64,000 bases of DNA from Tepidisphaera sp. (GCA_050916045.1 CP051526.1:4020154-4084153); one strand, 5' to 3'. Shown: positions 46,796-57,399, counted from the stretch's first letter. Made by a program: numbers and translations. Notes: generated by a model from the letters alone, not told the origin.

Positions 46796-48586
46796 TTACT
46801 TGGTCGTCACGACCGAATCGGTCGATGAAGCCGCGCTCGAGGTCGCGGGCACCACCACCGTCGTCGTACCCGCCGGCTGCCCATCGGAAAACCCGTCTTC
46901 TGTCTCCGCTTTCTTCTCGACCTTCGCGGTCGTCGCTGCTCCAGACGCTTTCTGCGCCGTTGCAGGTCCGCGCCCGCGACGTTCGCGACGCGTGGGCTTG
47001 CCGTCCTCGCCGATCTGATACCCCGCGGCTTCCAACTGCCCCTTGTCCCAGTCCCGGGTCAAAAGCTCGGCCGGGGTGGGCTCGCGATTGAGCACCTGCG
47101 TGCCGGGCTCGAGTCCGGCGATGATTTCGGCGTGGGTGTCGGACTGGCGGCCGAGGTTGACCGGCCTGCGGACGAATCGGGAGCCCTCGCGCACGTGCAC
47201 GAACCGCACCGGACCATCGCTGAACACGGCCTGCACCGGCACGGAGGTCCCGTCAGCGACGCGGTCGAGGAAAATGCGGGCTTCGCACCGCATCGAAGGC
47301 TTAAGCCCTTCGGCCTGAGCCCGATCGATCGCGATCTTGACCGTGTATTCCTTGAGGTTGGGGTCGCGCCAGCCGCCCGACTCCGCGAGCACGCCGATGG
47401 AATCCACAACGCCCTGGAACGTCCGGCCGCCCGCGGCGTCGACCTTGATGGACGCCAACTGGCCCTTGCTGATGCGGGAAGCAAGCGTCTCGGGAACGCG
47501 GACGGTCGCCACCATCTCCGAAGTGTCCGGGAGGATCATCATCGTTTCGTTTGGCATCACCTGCCGACCGATGGCGATCGGCCCGTCACCGGAGGACCAC
47601 ATGTTGCGGCTCATGCTTGACGCGTAAACCACCAGGCCGTCCGAAGGAGCTTTGATCGTCGCGTTGAGAATCGCGGCCTCGTGCTTCTTCACCTGCTCAT
47701 CCTGCAGGTCGTAGACACGCTTCTTGGCCGCGCGGTCGGCGGTTTTGGCCGCGAGCTGGATCGAGTTGTTCAGGCGGACCTGCTCAAGCTCCGCTTTGGC
47801 TTCCTCGTAATCGGACTGGAACTTCTTCTCCTGCTTGCGGAACTCGTACTCCTCGAACACCTCGTTCTCGAGCGTTGACGTGATCCACGCCGACTGTGCT
47901 TCGATGTAAGCGACCTGGTCGCGGTCGTACTCGTCCTTCGAAAGGAAGCCCTTCTCAAGCAGCCCCGAGCTCTGTCGGAGCTTCTCCGCCAGGCGCTCGA
48001 CCTCGAGCAGCGACTTGCTCAGCGCAAGGCTGTTGGCCTGACGCTTGGTCTTGGCTTCACCCTCAAGCCACTGAAGACGGTCGAGTTCGGCCAGCTCAAC
48101 CTTGAGCTGAGCCTGGCGCAGTTTCTGCTCATTCTCGATCAGCTGGATGTCGTACGCGTGCTGCGCGGCTTCCAACTGGGCTTTCATGTTCTCAATCTCG
48201 ACCTTGGCCTGGTCGAGAAGCTGCTCGATGGCATCCACGTTGAGGCGAACCAGCAGGTCGCCGGCTGTCACGCGGGTTCCCTCGGCGACGACTTCCGAGA
48301 TCGTGGAAGGCGTCTCGAGCTTGTTCCGAATCTCGATCTGGTTCTTGGCTTCCAGCTCTCCGCTGGCCGCCGTCGTGATGTCAAACGTCATTTTCTCGGC
48401 GTCCGACAGGTCCAGGCCGACGCGCCGGGCGTTGTCGCCCGCGCGGACCGCACCGCCCCACCACACGAGCCCGCCACCCGCCAACGCCACCACCAACCCC
48501 GCAACAAGGGCCACCCGCAGCGCCCCACCCCGACGCGTACCGGGACGCATACCAACCTGACTGTTCCGCCATTTCCGAGTCTGCAT
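46796..48586 (-). CDS. efflux RND/ABC periplasmic adaptor with long coiled coil
   Basis: ASGELEA, EGTRV..GDLLV, IKAPSDGLVVY and VPVQAV motifs. Confidence 0.88.
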   Translation of the reverse strand: MQTRKWRNSQVGMRPGTRRGGALRVALVAGLVVALAGGGLVWWGGAVRAGDNARRVGLDLSDAEKMTFDITTAASGELEAKNQIEIRNKLETPSTISEVVAEGTRVTAGDLLVRLNVDAIEQLLDQAKVEIENMKAQLEAAQHAYDIQLIENEQKLRQAQLKVELAELDRLQWLEGEAKTKRQANSLALSKSLLEVERLAEKLRQSSGLLEKGFLSKDEYDRDQVAYIEAQSAWITSTLENEVFEEYEFRKQEKKFQSDYEEAKAELEQVRLNNSIQLAAKTADRAAKKRVYDLQDEQVKKHEAAILNATIKAPSDGLVVYASSMSRNMWSSGDGPIAIGRQVMPNETMMILPDTSEMVATVRVPETLASRISKGQLASIKVDAAGGRTFQGVVDSIGVLAESGGWRDPNLKEYTVKIAIDRAQAEGLKPSMRCEARIFLDRVADGTSVPVQAVFSDGPVRFVHVREGSRFVRRPVNLGRQSDTHAEIIAGLEPGTQVLNREPTPAELLTRDWDKGQLEAAGYQIGEDGKPTRRERRGRGPATAQKASGAATTAKVEKKAETEDGFSDGQPAGTTTVVVPATSSAASSTDSVVTTK

Positions 48587-48726
48587 GGATGACCTCGCTT
48601 GATCGCTCTCTTGAGCTCAGCCCGCCCCTGTGACAGTCCGGTGCGTCGTTGTACCGGTTGAGCGCATGAAAGTTCGCTCGCCCGCTCCACCTACGATGCG
48701 TTCCTCGGCTGTGCCCGGGAGAAATC

Positions 48727-49458
48727 GTGATAACCCCGCTCATATTCAGGGATCTGTTGGGGTCGCTCGCCCCTGGCTCGCGGCTCCTGGTCGCCGTCGC
48801 GACGCCCCTCGAAGCGTCCGCGATCCCCGGGGCGTCGTTGCCGCCGCCCTCCGATCCGATCTGGAATCCGCATCCCGTCGCCGATCGCGTCGACCTCGTG
48901 ATCACCGGGGTGGGGAAAGCTCCCGCCGCCGCCGCGGTCGGCTCCATCCTGGCCAAGGGCGTCCACGGAGGCGTCCTCAACGCCGGCATCGCCGGGGCGC
49001 TCCCCGGCGACCCCGCACTCCCGCTGCTTTCGGTGGTCATCGCGTCCTCGCACGCCTTCGCCGACGAGGGGGTCGCGCTGCCGCCGGAAAGTCCGGTCCC
49101 CTTCCAGCCCCTGAGCGTGATGGGGTTCGCCCCGCGCGGGACGACGGGGGACGCCGTGCCCGGCGACTTGGGTTGCACGGACCTTCTCCGCCGCCGACTT
49201 ACCAGCGCGGTCTTTGCGCCCGTCGCGACGGTTTCGACCTGTTCAGGGACCGATGACCTGGCCCGCGCCGTGGCGGCGCGGACGGGCGCACGGGCGGAGT
49301 GCATGGAGGGGGCGGCGATCGCGCTGGCGGCCCGCTCGCTCGGGTACAGGTACGCGGAAGTGCGCACGATCAGCAACACGACCGGCCACCGATCGCGGCA
49401 GGTATGGGACGTGCGCGGCGCGATCGCGGCGCTGTCGGCGGTGTTCGCGACGACCTGA
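48727..49458 (+). CDS. mqnB: futalosine hydrolase (PNP/MTAN fold)
   Basis: TGVGK, NAGIAG, ATVSTCSGT, ECMEGAA and EVRTISNTTG.R..Q.WD motifs. Confidence 0.85.
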   Translation: MITPLIFRDLLGSLAPGSRLLVAVATPLEASAIPGASLPPPSDPIWNPHPVADRVDLVITGVGKAPAAAAVGSILAKGVHGGVLNAGIAGALPGDPALPLLSVVIASSHAFADEGVALPPESPVPFQPLSVMGFAPRGTTGDAVPGDLGCTDLLRRRLTSAVFAPVATVSTCSGTDDLARAVAARTGARAECMEGAAIALAARSLGYRYAEVRTISNTTGHRSRQVWDVRGAIAALSAVFATT

Positions 49459-49605
49459 TAACCGGCCGGCTCCGCGTGGACTGTCCGGAACTCGCCAACC
49501 ACTCCAAGGTTGACTCATCCCGCGGGGTGTTCCCGCCGATCCTCTTCCCATGGGCTCGTTCCCTTCCCACCAACGGGGAGGCCGCGCCCTTGCGGAGCGG
49601 AGTTG

Positions 49606-50823
49606 ATGGGACTGGATGCGCTCAAACGCCTCAAGCAGCTTGGAGCCGACCTCATGGGTCAGGCCGGCCCTCCCGTCGGCGTGGACTTTGGCGTTGGCGC
49701 GCTGAAGCTGCTCCAGGTCCGTCCGGAGGAGCCGCCGGGACTGATCGCGGCCGCCAGTGTGGAGACCCCGATCGATCTCCTGCGGGATGACAACAAGCGA
49801 CTGGACTTTCAGCTCGCCGCTCTGGGCAAGCTCATCAAGGAGGGCCGGTTCGGCGGCCGTCGCGTCGTCTGCTCCATTCCGTCCTCGCAGACATGGTGCA
49901 AGCACATGCAGCTCGCCAAGAGCGATGCCATGCCGATGAATGAGCAGGTCGCGGCCGCCGTCTCGATGCAGCTTGGCTGCGACCCCGGAGCGCTCGTGTA
50001 CCGGCACGTCGAGGTCGAGGGCGCGATGTCGGCCGCGGGCAAGGTCGAGGTCATCTGCATGGCCACGCCGCGTGATTTCATCAAGAAGCTGCTGAGCGGG
50101 CTGAAGGAGCAGCGCCTTGAGCCGGTGGGGATGCACTCGGAGTTCGCCGCCGCGATCCGCAGCTTTGAATCCGTGAACCGCCGCGCCGCGGACCAGACCA
50201 AGACGACGCTCTATCTCGACCTGGGCTGCGGCACCTCAAAAGTGGTGATCGCGCACGGCGCCTCAATGGTCTTCGCGCGTCCGATCGACGTGGGTGGTCG
50301 CCTCTTTGATGAGACGATCGCGAGCCAGACCAAGTGGGACCTTCCCGAGGTTCGCCGCGTGCGGTTCGCCCTCGAGAACCTATGCCCCTCGCGGAGCCGC
50401 CCTGCGGCGGCGACGCCCGCGTCGACGCTGCCCGGCATGGCGCTGCTCGCTGCGGGCATGAGGAGCGGCGGCGCCGAGCCCGCCACGGCGGTCGTACCGG
50501 CGGCCGCGCCCTCGACGCCCGAACCCGACCTCACCGAACCCATCGAGATGCTCACGGACGAGATCCTGCTCTGCCTGCGTTACCACGAATCGCTCTTCCC
50601 CGGCCGAAAGGTCGAGCGGGTGATCTTCCTGGGCGGAGAGAGCAAGTCCCGCGCGCTCTGCCAGCAGATCGCCCGCACTCTCAAACTACCCGCGCAGCTC
50701 GCCGATCCCATTGCCCGCGTCGCCCGCACGGGCGAAGAGACCACCGTGGGCGTTGACTTCAAGCAGCCTCAACCCGCCTGGGCCGTGGCCCTGGGCCTGG
50801 CCATCTCACCGACCGACCTCTGA
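49606..50823 (+). CDS. pilM: type IV pilus assembly protein PilM
   Basis: GVDFG...LKLLQ, LDLGCGTS and FLGG actin-like motifs. Confidence 0.88.
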   Translation: MGLDALKRLKQLGADLMGQAGPPVGVDFGVGALKLLQVRPEEPPGLIAAASVETPIDLLRDDNKRLDFQLAALGKLIKEGRFGGRRVVCSIPSSQTWCKHMQLAKSDAMPMNEQVAAAVSMQLGCDPGALVYRHVEVEGAMSAAGKVEVICMATPRDFIKKLLSGLKEQRLEPVGMHSEFAAAIRSFESVNRRAADQTKTTLYLDLGCGTSKVVIAHGASMVFARPIDVGGRLFDETIASQTKWDLPEVRRVRFALENLCPSRSRPAAATPASTLPGMALLAAGMRSGGAEPATAVVPAAAPSTPEPDLTEPIEMLTDEILLCLRYHESLFPGRKVERVIFLGGESKSRALCQQIARTLKLPAQLADPIARVARTGEETTVGVDFKQPQPAWAVALGLAISPTDL

Positions 50824-50837
50824 ACGGAGCCGAACGC

Positions 50838-51656
50838 ATGAAGCCCTTCTTTGGCAAAGCCGCACCCACTGACGGGAGCTTTCTCCCCGAGGATTACGTC
50901 GCGCGAAAGGCCGAGACCCGCGCGAACTTCATCGCGGTCTTCCTCTTCTCGATCGTCATGTTCCTGGTCGTCTCCGCGTTCTTCGTGACCCACCGCCGCT
51001 GGTCCACCATCCGCGTCGAGCAGGTCGCCATCAACGACGAGTACGCCCAGGAGAAGCTCAAGATCGAGCAGCTCGAAACCCTCGACAAGGAGCGGGGCCG
51101 GATGCTCGCCAAAGCCGAGGTCACCACAGCCCTGCTCGAGAAGATCCCGCGCTCGGTCCTCATGGCCGAACTCACGGCCAAAGTCCCCACCAATGTGACC
51201 GTCGAAGAACTCGAGCTCACCAGCAAGCGGATCGACCCCAACAAGGAATTCCGCCCCGCCGACGAGAAGCCCAAGCCGGCCGTCAAGACCCTCGCGCCCA
51301 AAGGCAAAGCCGGCGCCGCCAAGGCCCCCGCCGAACCCAAGCCCGAGGTCAAGCCCGAGGTGAAAGCCCCGCGCTTCGAGTCCGGCATCAAGGTCAGCGG
51401 CCTCTCTTCGGTCTACAACGACATCACCGACTTTGCCGCCATCCTCCAGGCCTCCCCGCTCCTCGAGAAGGTCGAGCTTGTCTTCATCAAGGAGACCAAG
51501 ATCGATGAGCGCGAGCTTCACAAGTTCGAGATCGTCGCGCAGCTTCGCGCCAACGCCGACGCCCGCGCCCTGGCCAAACCCGAGAACATCACCGACGCCA
51601 ACAAGCCGAGCCTCGGTCACGATCGCTCCGCGTCCGTCCCCGAACTGCCCCGCTGA
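50838..51656 (+). CDS. pilN: PilN domain protein
   Basis: SFLPEDY motif, TM segment, coiled coil; follows pilM. Confidence 0.85.
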   Translation: MKPFFGKAAPTDGSFLPEDYVARKAETRANFIAVFLFSIVMFLVVSAFFVTHRRWSTIRVEQVAINDEYAQEKLKIEQLETLDKERGRMLAKAEVTTALLEKIPRSVLMAELTAKVPTNVTVEELELTSKRIDPNKEFRPADEKPKPAVKTLAPKGKAGAAKAPAEPKPEVKPEVKAPRFESGIKVSGLSSVYNDITDFAAILQASPLLEKVELVFIKETKIDERELHKFEIVAQLRANADARALAKPENITDANKPSLGHDRSASVPELPR

Positions 51657-51695
51657 TGCGCCGGCCCGCCCGCACCCACACCGCGAGAACCCCCT

Positions 51696-52241
51696 ATGCG
51701 ACTCGGTCTTCGTGAACTCATTCTGCTCATGATCCTGATCGGTCTGCCGACCGCTTCGTTCTTCCTGGTCTTCCAGCCGGAGAACCGTGATATCGAAAGC
51801 GCCAAGCGCGAGATCGATCACAAGCGGTCCATCCTCACCAAGCTTCGTGAGGAGACCGCCAAGTCCAAGGATCTCGAACGCACCAACAAGGAGATCCAGG
51901 ACCGAATCGAAGCCATCGAGGCGCGTCTCCCCTCCAAGAAGGAAGTCGAGTCCGTCGTCCGCCAGGTCGCCGATCTGGCCGTCGCCGCCGGCCTCGAAGC
52001 TCCGCAGCTCAAGACCGGAAAGGCCCTCAAGACCGCGAGCTACATGGAGCAGCCCCTCGAGCTCTCCACGCAGGGCGCCTTCAACGGGTTCTACGACTTC
52101 CTCCTCAAGCTCGAACAGCTCGCCCGTATCACCCGCATGACGGACCTCAAGATCAAGCGCAACGAAGAAGCCGACGGCGTGATGCAGGCCACCTTCACCC
52201 TCAGCATCTACTACCAGGACGAACAGGCGGTGACCAAGTGA
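51696..52241 (+). CDS. pilO: type IV pilus assembly protein PilO
   Basis: TM segment, coiled coil, RLPSKKEV and G.F..FY.FL..LE.L.RI motifs. Confidence 0.88.
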   Translation: MRLGLRELILLMILIGLPTASFFLVFQPENRDIESAKREIDHKRSILTKLREETAKSKDLERTNKEIQDRIEAIEARLPSKKEVESVVRQVADLAVAAGLEAPQLKTGKALKTASYMEQPLELSTQGAFNGFYDFLLKLEQLARITRMTDLKIKRNEEADGVMQATFTLSIYYQDEQAVTK

Positions 52242-52972
52242 GCAAACCCACCACCAACGAAGCCAAGCCTTCCAAGGAGGGCGGTTCCTTCCTCGCCGAG
52301 ATCCGCGGGTCCGCCGCGGCCAACTCCGAGGGAACGCCTCCACCCAAGCCTTCGCGCCGACTCTCCTCAAGCTACCTCATCGCCGCCGTGATGGTCGCGC
52401 TCAGCGCGGGCGCCCTCTTCGGCATGCGCACCTACGGCAAGAAGGCCGGCCTGAAGCTCGAGAAGTTCGAGGCGGACTACAAGCCCGCCAAGTCCGAGAC
52501 GGCCACCGCCGCGCAGACCCAGAAGGTGCTCGCCGAGCTTGAAGCCCACGGCACGCCCCTCCAGATCTCCGCCGACGCCATCCCCCGCAACCCCTTCCTC
52601 ATGTCCGCCGTCGTCCCCGTCATCGCCACCCCCGACGGACCGAGCAAATCCGACCTCGCCGCCAAACGCCGCGCCGAGGAAGCCGCCGCTCGCGAACAAC
52701 GCGACCGCGAAGCCGCCTTTGCCGACACGCTCAAGGGCCTCGAGGTCTCCGCCGTCATCATGGGACAGCGCCCCGTCGCTCGCGTCAGCGGCAAGCTTTA
52801 CCGCATCGGTGACACCGTCGCCAAGATCTTCACGGTGCTCGAGATCAACGAACGCGGCGTCAAGCTCGGGTTCGAAGGCAGAGAGTTCGAACTGGTCATC
52901 AAGAAGTCCCTCAACCCCGACGGCACCAAGCCCGACGATGTCCCCGCCAACCAGCCCCCCTTCCCGCGTTGA
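52238..52972 (+). CDS. membrane-anchored protein in the PilP/GspC-like position
   Basis: TM segment, RNPF motif, ARVSGKLYRIGD beta domain; GTGA overlap with pilO. Confidence 0.65.
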   Translation: MSKPTTNEAKPSKEGGSFLAEIRGSAAANSEGTPPPKPSRRLSSSYLIAAVMVALSAGALFGMRTYGKKAGLKLEKFEADYKPAKSETATAAQTQKVLAELEAHGTPLQISADAIPRNPFLMSAVVPVIATPDGPSKSDLAAKRRAEEAAAREQRDREAAFADTLKGLEVSAVIMGQRPVARVSGKLYRIGDTVAKIFTVLEINERGVKLGFEGREFELVIKKSLNPDGTKPDDVPANQPPFPR

Positions 52973-53014
52973 TCCAGACCGTCCGAAACTTCCATCCCCA
53001 GACCGGAGCACGCG

Positions 53015-54994
53015 GTGGGCAAGTACAACATCGACGACATCCTGAACGATCTGGGCATGGGCGACGAAGGCGACCCGCGGAAGAAGAAGCACCGCATCGA
53101 CAAAGCCGAGAGCAGCTTCAGCCCCTTGCCCTCCGTCCCGGCCAACCAGCCCGCCGACCCGTCGCGCACCGTCGATCCCGCCGTTCCCGTCCCGCCGCGC
53201 GAATCCGCCGAGTCCACCGTCGGCAGATCCCTCTCGGACATCTACCAGCCTGAAGACGAAAGCGGCGGCGCACCCGTCGAGCCACGCGATCTTGGTCAGC
53301 TCCTCCTCACGCGAAACGCCGTCACCGAGGAAAAACTTCAGGTCGCCCAGCAGATCGTCAAGCAGTCCCCGGGCAAGAAGCTCCAGGATGTGCTGATCGA
53401 GCAGGGCGTCGACGAAGTCCCCATCGCCCAGGCGATCGCCGATCTCGCCGGCGTGCCCTTCGAGCGCGTCGATCTCGACAAGGGCCTCGACGGCGGTTTC
53501 GACGGCACGCTCCTCCAGCGGCTCACGCCGGAGTTCTGCAAGCAGCATCTCGTGCTCCCACTCCGCATGGAGGGGCAACGCGCGGTCGTCGGCGTCACGC
53601 GGCCGGACGACGTCTTCATCCTCGATGAGCTCAAGTCGATCCTGGCCGTGCCCGGCGTCAAGCTTGTGCTGGTGACGGCGTTCGACGTGCGCGGAGCGCT
53701 CGAGGTCGTCGGCGGCGCCGATTCCCACGAGGATGACGTCTCGCAGATCCTCGCCGAAGTCGAAGAGGGTGACGTTCAGGTCGACAAGAGCAAGCAGGAG
53801 GAAACCGACCTCTCCGCCGACGCGGGTGCCGCGAGCAGCCCCGTCATCAAGTACGTCAACCGCATCATCCAGATGGCGGTCAAGGAAGGCGCCAGCGATA
53901 TCCATATCGAGCCCGCGGAGAAGAAGCTCAAGGTGCGATTCCGAGTCGACGGTGAGCTCTACGAGATGCTCAACCCGCCGGCAAGCATGGCGTCGGCGAT
54001 CACCTCGCGACTCAAGATCATGGCGAACCTGGACATTTCCGAGCGCCGACTGCCCCAGGACGGCCGCATCCGATGTGTCGTCGGCGGTCGCAAGCTCGAC
54101 CTCCGCATGTCCACGCTCCCTTGCGCCGTCGGCGAGAAGACGGTCATGCGTATCTTGGACACCAAGTCAATCAACGTCGAGCTCGAGCAGCTCGGCTTCG
54201 ACGAGAACACGCTTTCGATCTGGAAGAACCAGATCAACGCTCCGCACGGGATCGTGCTTGTGACAGGCCCGACCGGCTCGGGTAAGACGACGACGCTTTA
54301 TGCGTCGCTCCGCACGCTCGACAAGAACTCGATGAACATCTCGACGGTCGAGGACCCGGTCGAGTACTACCTCGAGGGCATCAACCAGACGCAGACGCAC
54401 GAGAAGATCGGGATGACCTTCTCGGCGGCGCTCCGCGCTCTGCTGCGACAGGACCCCGACGTCATTCTTCTGGGCGAAATCCGCGACAAGGAGACGGCGC
54501 ACATCGGCGTGCAGGCCGCGCTGACGGGCCACCTGGTGCTCAGCACCCTGCACACCAACGACGCGCCAAGTTCGGTGACGCGGCTTGTGAACATCGGCCT
54601 GGAGCCGTTCCTCGTCGGTGCCGCCCTCAATGCCGTTCTCGCCCAGCGGCTTATCCGCCGCCTTTGCTCCAGCTGCAAGACTCAGGAGGCCCCGGGGGAG
54701 GAGATGGCCGAGTTCCTGGAGCTTCAGGGCCTCCCGACCGACCAGATGTGGGTCGCCAAGAGCTGCGACAGGTGCCGCAAGACCGGGTACTCGGGGCGCG
54801 TTGGCCTGTACGAGCTTTTGGCGGTGGACGACCAGCTGCGGGACGTCATCGCCCGAAATCCCAACGTCTCGGAATTCCGGCGCCTGTGCATCGAGCGGGG
54901 GATGGTGAGCTTGCGTGCCGACGGCATCAAGAAGGTGAGCAAAGGTCAGACGACCATTCAGGAAGTGCTCCGCGTGACGGATTCTTCGCACTAG
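53015..54994 (+). CDS. pilB: PilB/GspE family assembly ATPase
   Basis: ASDIHIEP, GPTGSGKTTT, TVEDPVE, LRQDPDVILLGEIRD and CxxC..CxxC motifs; MshEN-like LGQLLL region. Confidence 0.92.
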   Translation: MGKYNIDDILNDLGMGDEGDPRKKKHRIDKAESSFSPLPSVPANQPADPSRTVDPAVPVPPRESAESTVGRSLSDIYQPEDESGGAPVEPRDLGQLLLTRNAVTEEKLQVAQQIVKQSPGKKLQDVLIEQGVDEVPIAQAIADLAGVPFERVDLDKGLDGGFDGTLLQRLTPEFCKQHLVLPLRMEGQRAVVGVTRPDDVFILDELKSILAVPGVKLVLVTAFDVRGALEVVGGADSHEDDVSQILAEVEEGDVQVDKSKQEETDLSADAGAASSPVIKYVNRIIQMAVKEGASDIHIEPAEKKLKVRFRVDGELYEMLNPPASMASAITSRLKIMANLDISERRLPQDGRIRCVVGGRKLDLRMSTLPCAVGEKTVMRILDTKSINVELEQLGFDENTLSIWKNQINAPHGIVLVTGPTGSGKTTTLYASLRTLDKNSMNISTVEDPVEYYLEGINQTQTHEKIGMTFSAALRALLRQDPDVILLGEIRDKETAHIGVQAALTGHLVLSTLHTNDAPSSVTRLVNIGLEPFLVGAALNAVLAQRLIRRLCSSCKTQEAPGEEMAEFLELQGLPTDQMWVAKSCDRCRKTGYSGRVGLYELLAVDDQLRDVIARNPNVSEFRRLCIERGMVSLRADGIKKVSKGQTTIQEVLRVTDSSH

Positions 54995-55147
54995 GACAGG
55001 GCTCCAAAGACCGAACGCATCCCTTATAGACGGGATGGATCTAGAGAATTCTTTAGATCATCGTGTCCGGAAACCTCTCAAAAGTCTCTCTTCCACGGCA
55101 GCCGACTTTGCGTTAACCTAGTCGGCGTTCGTTCCGGGAGCCTGAGA

Positions 55148-56566
55148 GTGTTCAAAGCCCCTGATCAGCGTCCAAGGCTTTCCGCCTTCGCTTGGGACTT
55201 GTCCTCCGCTTCCTCGGCCCTCGCCGTGGGGCGGTGTTTGCTGCGCCGATGGCACTGCGCGGCGGCGGCGTTGGTCTTGTCGACTTCCGCCGCGGCCCAG
55301 CCCGACTACAACCGCGACTGTGTTTCGAACTTCGCGGATTCGATCGCGTTCATGAACGATTACGCGGCGCTGTCGCCGGCCGCGGATCTGAATCTGGACG
55401 GCACGGTCAACCAGACCGACTTTGACTCCTTCGCGGATTCGAGAGCAAAGACGAACTTCACGGTCTATTGGCAGGCCTCCAACGCGATGCAGGCGCCGCC
55501 TGTCGTCGACCGGCAGACCAATCTTTCCGGGATTCCCATCTCGCGCAATTCCGCGATGCTTTATCAGCAGCGGTTCACGAAGATGCCGATTCGATACAAC
55601 GACAACGGCGACATTCTCGAAGCGGGCTACCAACTGATGTTCCGGGGGCTCAACGGGTCGTACACCTCGTGGCGCCAGAACTACGACACGTGGAACACGC
55701 TTCACATCGCGAGCCTGCCCGCGCTCATGGCGTCGGAGGTGCCGAGCCCGGCCTTCAACGGGCTGGTGTGCATCGACTGGGAAGCCATCGCCCCCGTGCG
55801 GCAGCAGATCTTCGGCGACACCGTCGCCGAACGCGAGTGGGACGAGATGCTCGAAGCCATCAACTCCCCGACGTTCGACCAGTCGTTCCTGACGTTCACA
55901 GAGTGGACCGCGCCCGCCGGGGCACGCGGCTGGGCTGACCTTTCCACGGAACAGAAGACGGAGTTCGCGAACCAGTCGTACCGCAAGGTCGGCATGGCGT
56001 TCTACCTCAGCACCGTCGAAGCGCTCCGCGCCCTGAGGCCCCAGGCCAAGTACTGCTTCTACGGCCAACCCGTGGGTGCGTGGCTTGTGTACGACGACGA
56101 GCGCAAGGCGCTGAACGACGAATTGGCTCCGCTCTGGGCCGCGGTCGATGTGCTCGCACCTTCGACCTATCCGCTCTTCTGGACCACGACCGATCGGGCG
56201 ACCAGCCCCTGCCCCGACGCGGTGAACTCGCCAAGCCAGAACTCGGCTTTCTTCAAGTCCCTCATCGACGAATGCTACCGGATCAAGGAACGCTACCCCC
56301 GCGCGGGCGGCCACCAGATCATCACCTACGCCGCATGGCACTACAAGGATCAGGCCGGCGTCTGCTCGCCGCTGGTCAACCCCAGCATCTTCGTCAACGA
56401 CCTCAACCTGCTGCATCAGCTTCAGCTTCCGTGGTGGTACGGAGCGGACGGCGTCGCGATCTGGGGCCATTTCCGCAACGGCGGGTACGACACCCCGGCG
56501 AACATCAGCCAGGAAATGCAGACTCGCTGGAAAGATCCCATCCGCCGCGTCGCGTGCCCGGACTGA
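55148..56566 (+). CDS. secreted GH56 hyaluronidase-like protein with N-terminal dockerin/EF-hand-like module
   Basis: DYNRDCVSNFAD...ADLNLDGTVNQTD; FNGLVCIDWE, LRPQAKYCFYG, DVLAPSTY and GADGVAIWG motifs; true start may be further downstream. Confidence 0.78.
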   Translation: MFKAPDQRPRLSAFAWDLSSASSALAVGRCLLRRWHCAAAALVLSTSAAAQPDYNRDCVSNFADSIAFMNDYAALSPAADLNLDGTVNQTDFDSFADSRAKTNFTVYWQASNAMQAPPVVDRQTNLSGIPISRNSAMLYQQRFTKMPIRYNDNGDILEAGYQLMFRGLNGSYTSWRQNYDTWNTLHIASLPALMASEVPSPAFNGLVCIDWEAIAPVRQQIFGDTVAEREWDEMLEAINSPTFDQSFLTFTEWTAPAGARGWADLSTEQKTEFANQSYRKVGMAFYLSTVEALRALRPQAKYCFYGQPVGAWLVYDDERKALNDELAPLWAAVDVLAPSTYPLFWTTTDRATSPCPDAVNSPSQNSAFFKSLIDECYRIKERYPRAGGHQIITYAAWHYKDQAGVCSPLVNPSIFVNDLNLLHQLQLPWWYGADGVAIWGHFRNGGYDTPANISQEMQTRWKDPIRRVACPD

Positions 56567-56578
56567 GCCGTCGCCAGA

Positions 56579-57271
56579 TCAGCCGCCGGTCGACGCTCCG
56601 CCCGCGCCGCTTTCCTTCTTCCCGGTTTCCTCTTCCCACCGCGTTTTGAGCTCGTGCTCGACCCTCAGCAGGTCGAGCACCTTGCCGACCATGAAGTCCA
56701 CGAGTTCGGCGACCGTCCGCGGCCCCAGATAGAACCCCGGATTCGTCGGACAGATGATCGCGCCGGCGAGCGTCAGCGTCCGCATGTTCTCGATGTCGAT
56801 CAGGTTCAGCGGCGTTTCACGGTGGCACACGATCAGCGGCCGGCGTTCCTTGAGCGTCACCATCGCCGCACGGGTCAGCAGGTTGCTCCCCGAGCCCGTC
56901 GCGATCGCCCCCAGTGAGGTCGATGAGCACGGAATCACGACCATCCCGCCGTGCAGGAACGAGCCAGACGCGATCACCGCGCCCACATCCTTGTTGGGGT
57001 GGATGAAAAGCCGTTTCTCAAAGCTCTCCCGGTCGCTCCCGGACGCAAGGTTCGGAGCCAGCGACTCCAGCGAAAGCTCCTTGATCGCAGCTTCATCAAA
57101 CAGCAAGCGTCGGCCGTACTCCGACACCACCAGGTGGACCTCGCAGCCCCGGACCAGAAGCTGCTCGACCAGCCGGAGCGCGTAATCCGCTCCGGAAGCC
57201 CCCGTCACACCCACCACGAACCTCCGGGAAGGGGGCGGACGATCCGAAACCGTGGTTGAAGCGTTTTTCAT
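56579..57271 (-). CDS. ubiX: flavin prenyltransferase UbiX
   Basis: VTGASG, IASGS, PCS, LKERRPL..RETP and PGFY motifs. Confidence 0.94.
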   Translation of the reverse strand: MKNASTTVSDRPPPSRRFVVGVTGASGADYALRLVEQLLVRGCEVHLVVSEYGRRLLFDEAAIKELSLESLAPNLASGSDRESFEKRLFIHPNKDVGAVIASGSFLHGGMVVIPCSSTSLGAIATGSGSNLLTRAAMVTLKERRPLIVCHRETPLNLIDIENMRTLTLAGAIICPTNPGFYLGPRTVAELVDFMVGKVLDLLRVEHELKTRWEEETGKKESGAGGASTGG

Positions 57272-57399
57272 GGGGTGCTCGAAAGCTCCGCATCGTATGG
57301 GTCGGCGGGGTGCGCGGGGACCGGTCCTGCAAACACCCCTCGGCGACCGATAAGGGCGTAAACTACCCCGCCGGTCATCGGCACCCCGGAACAATCGTC

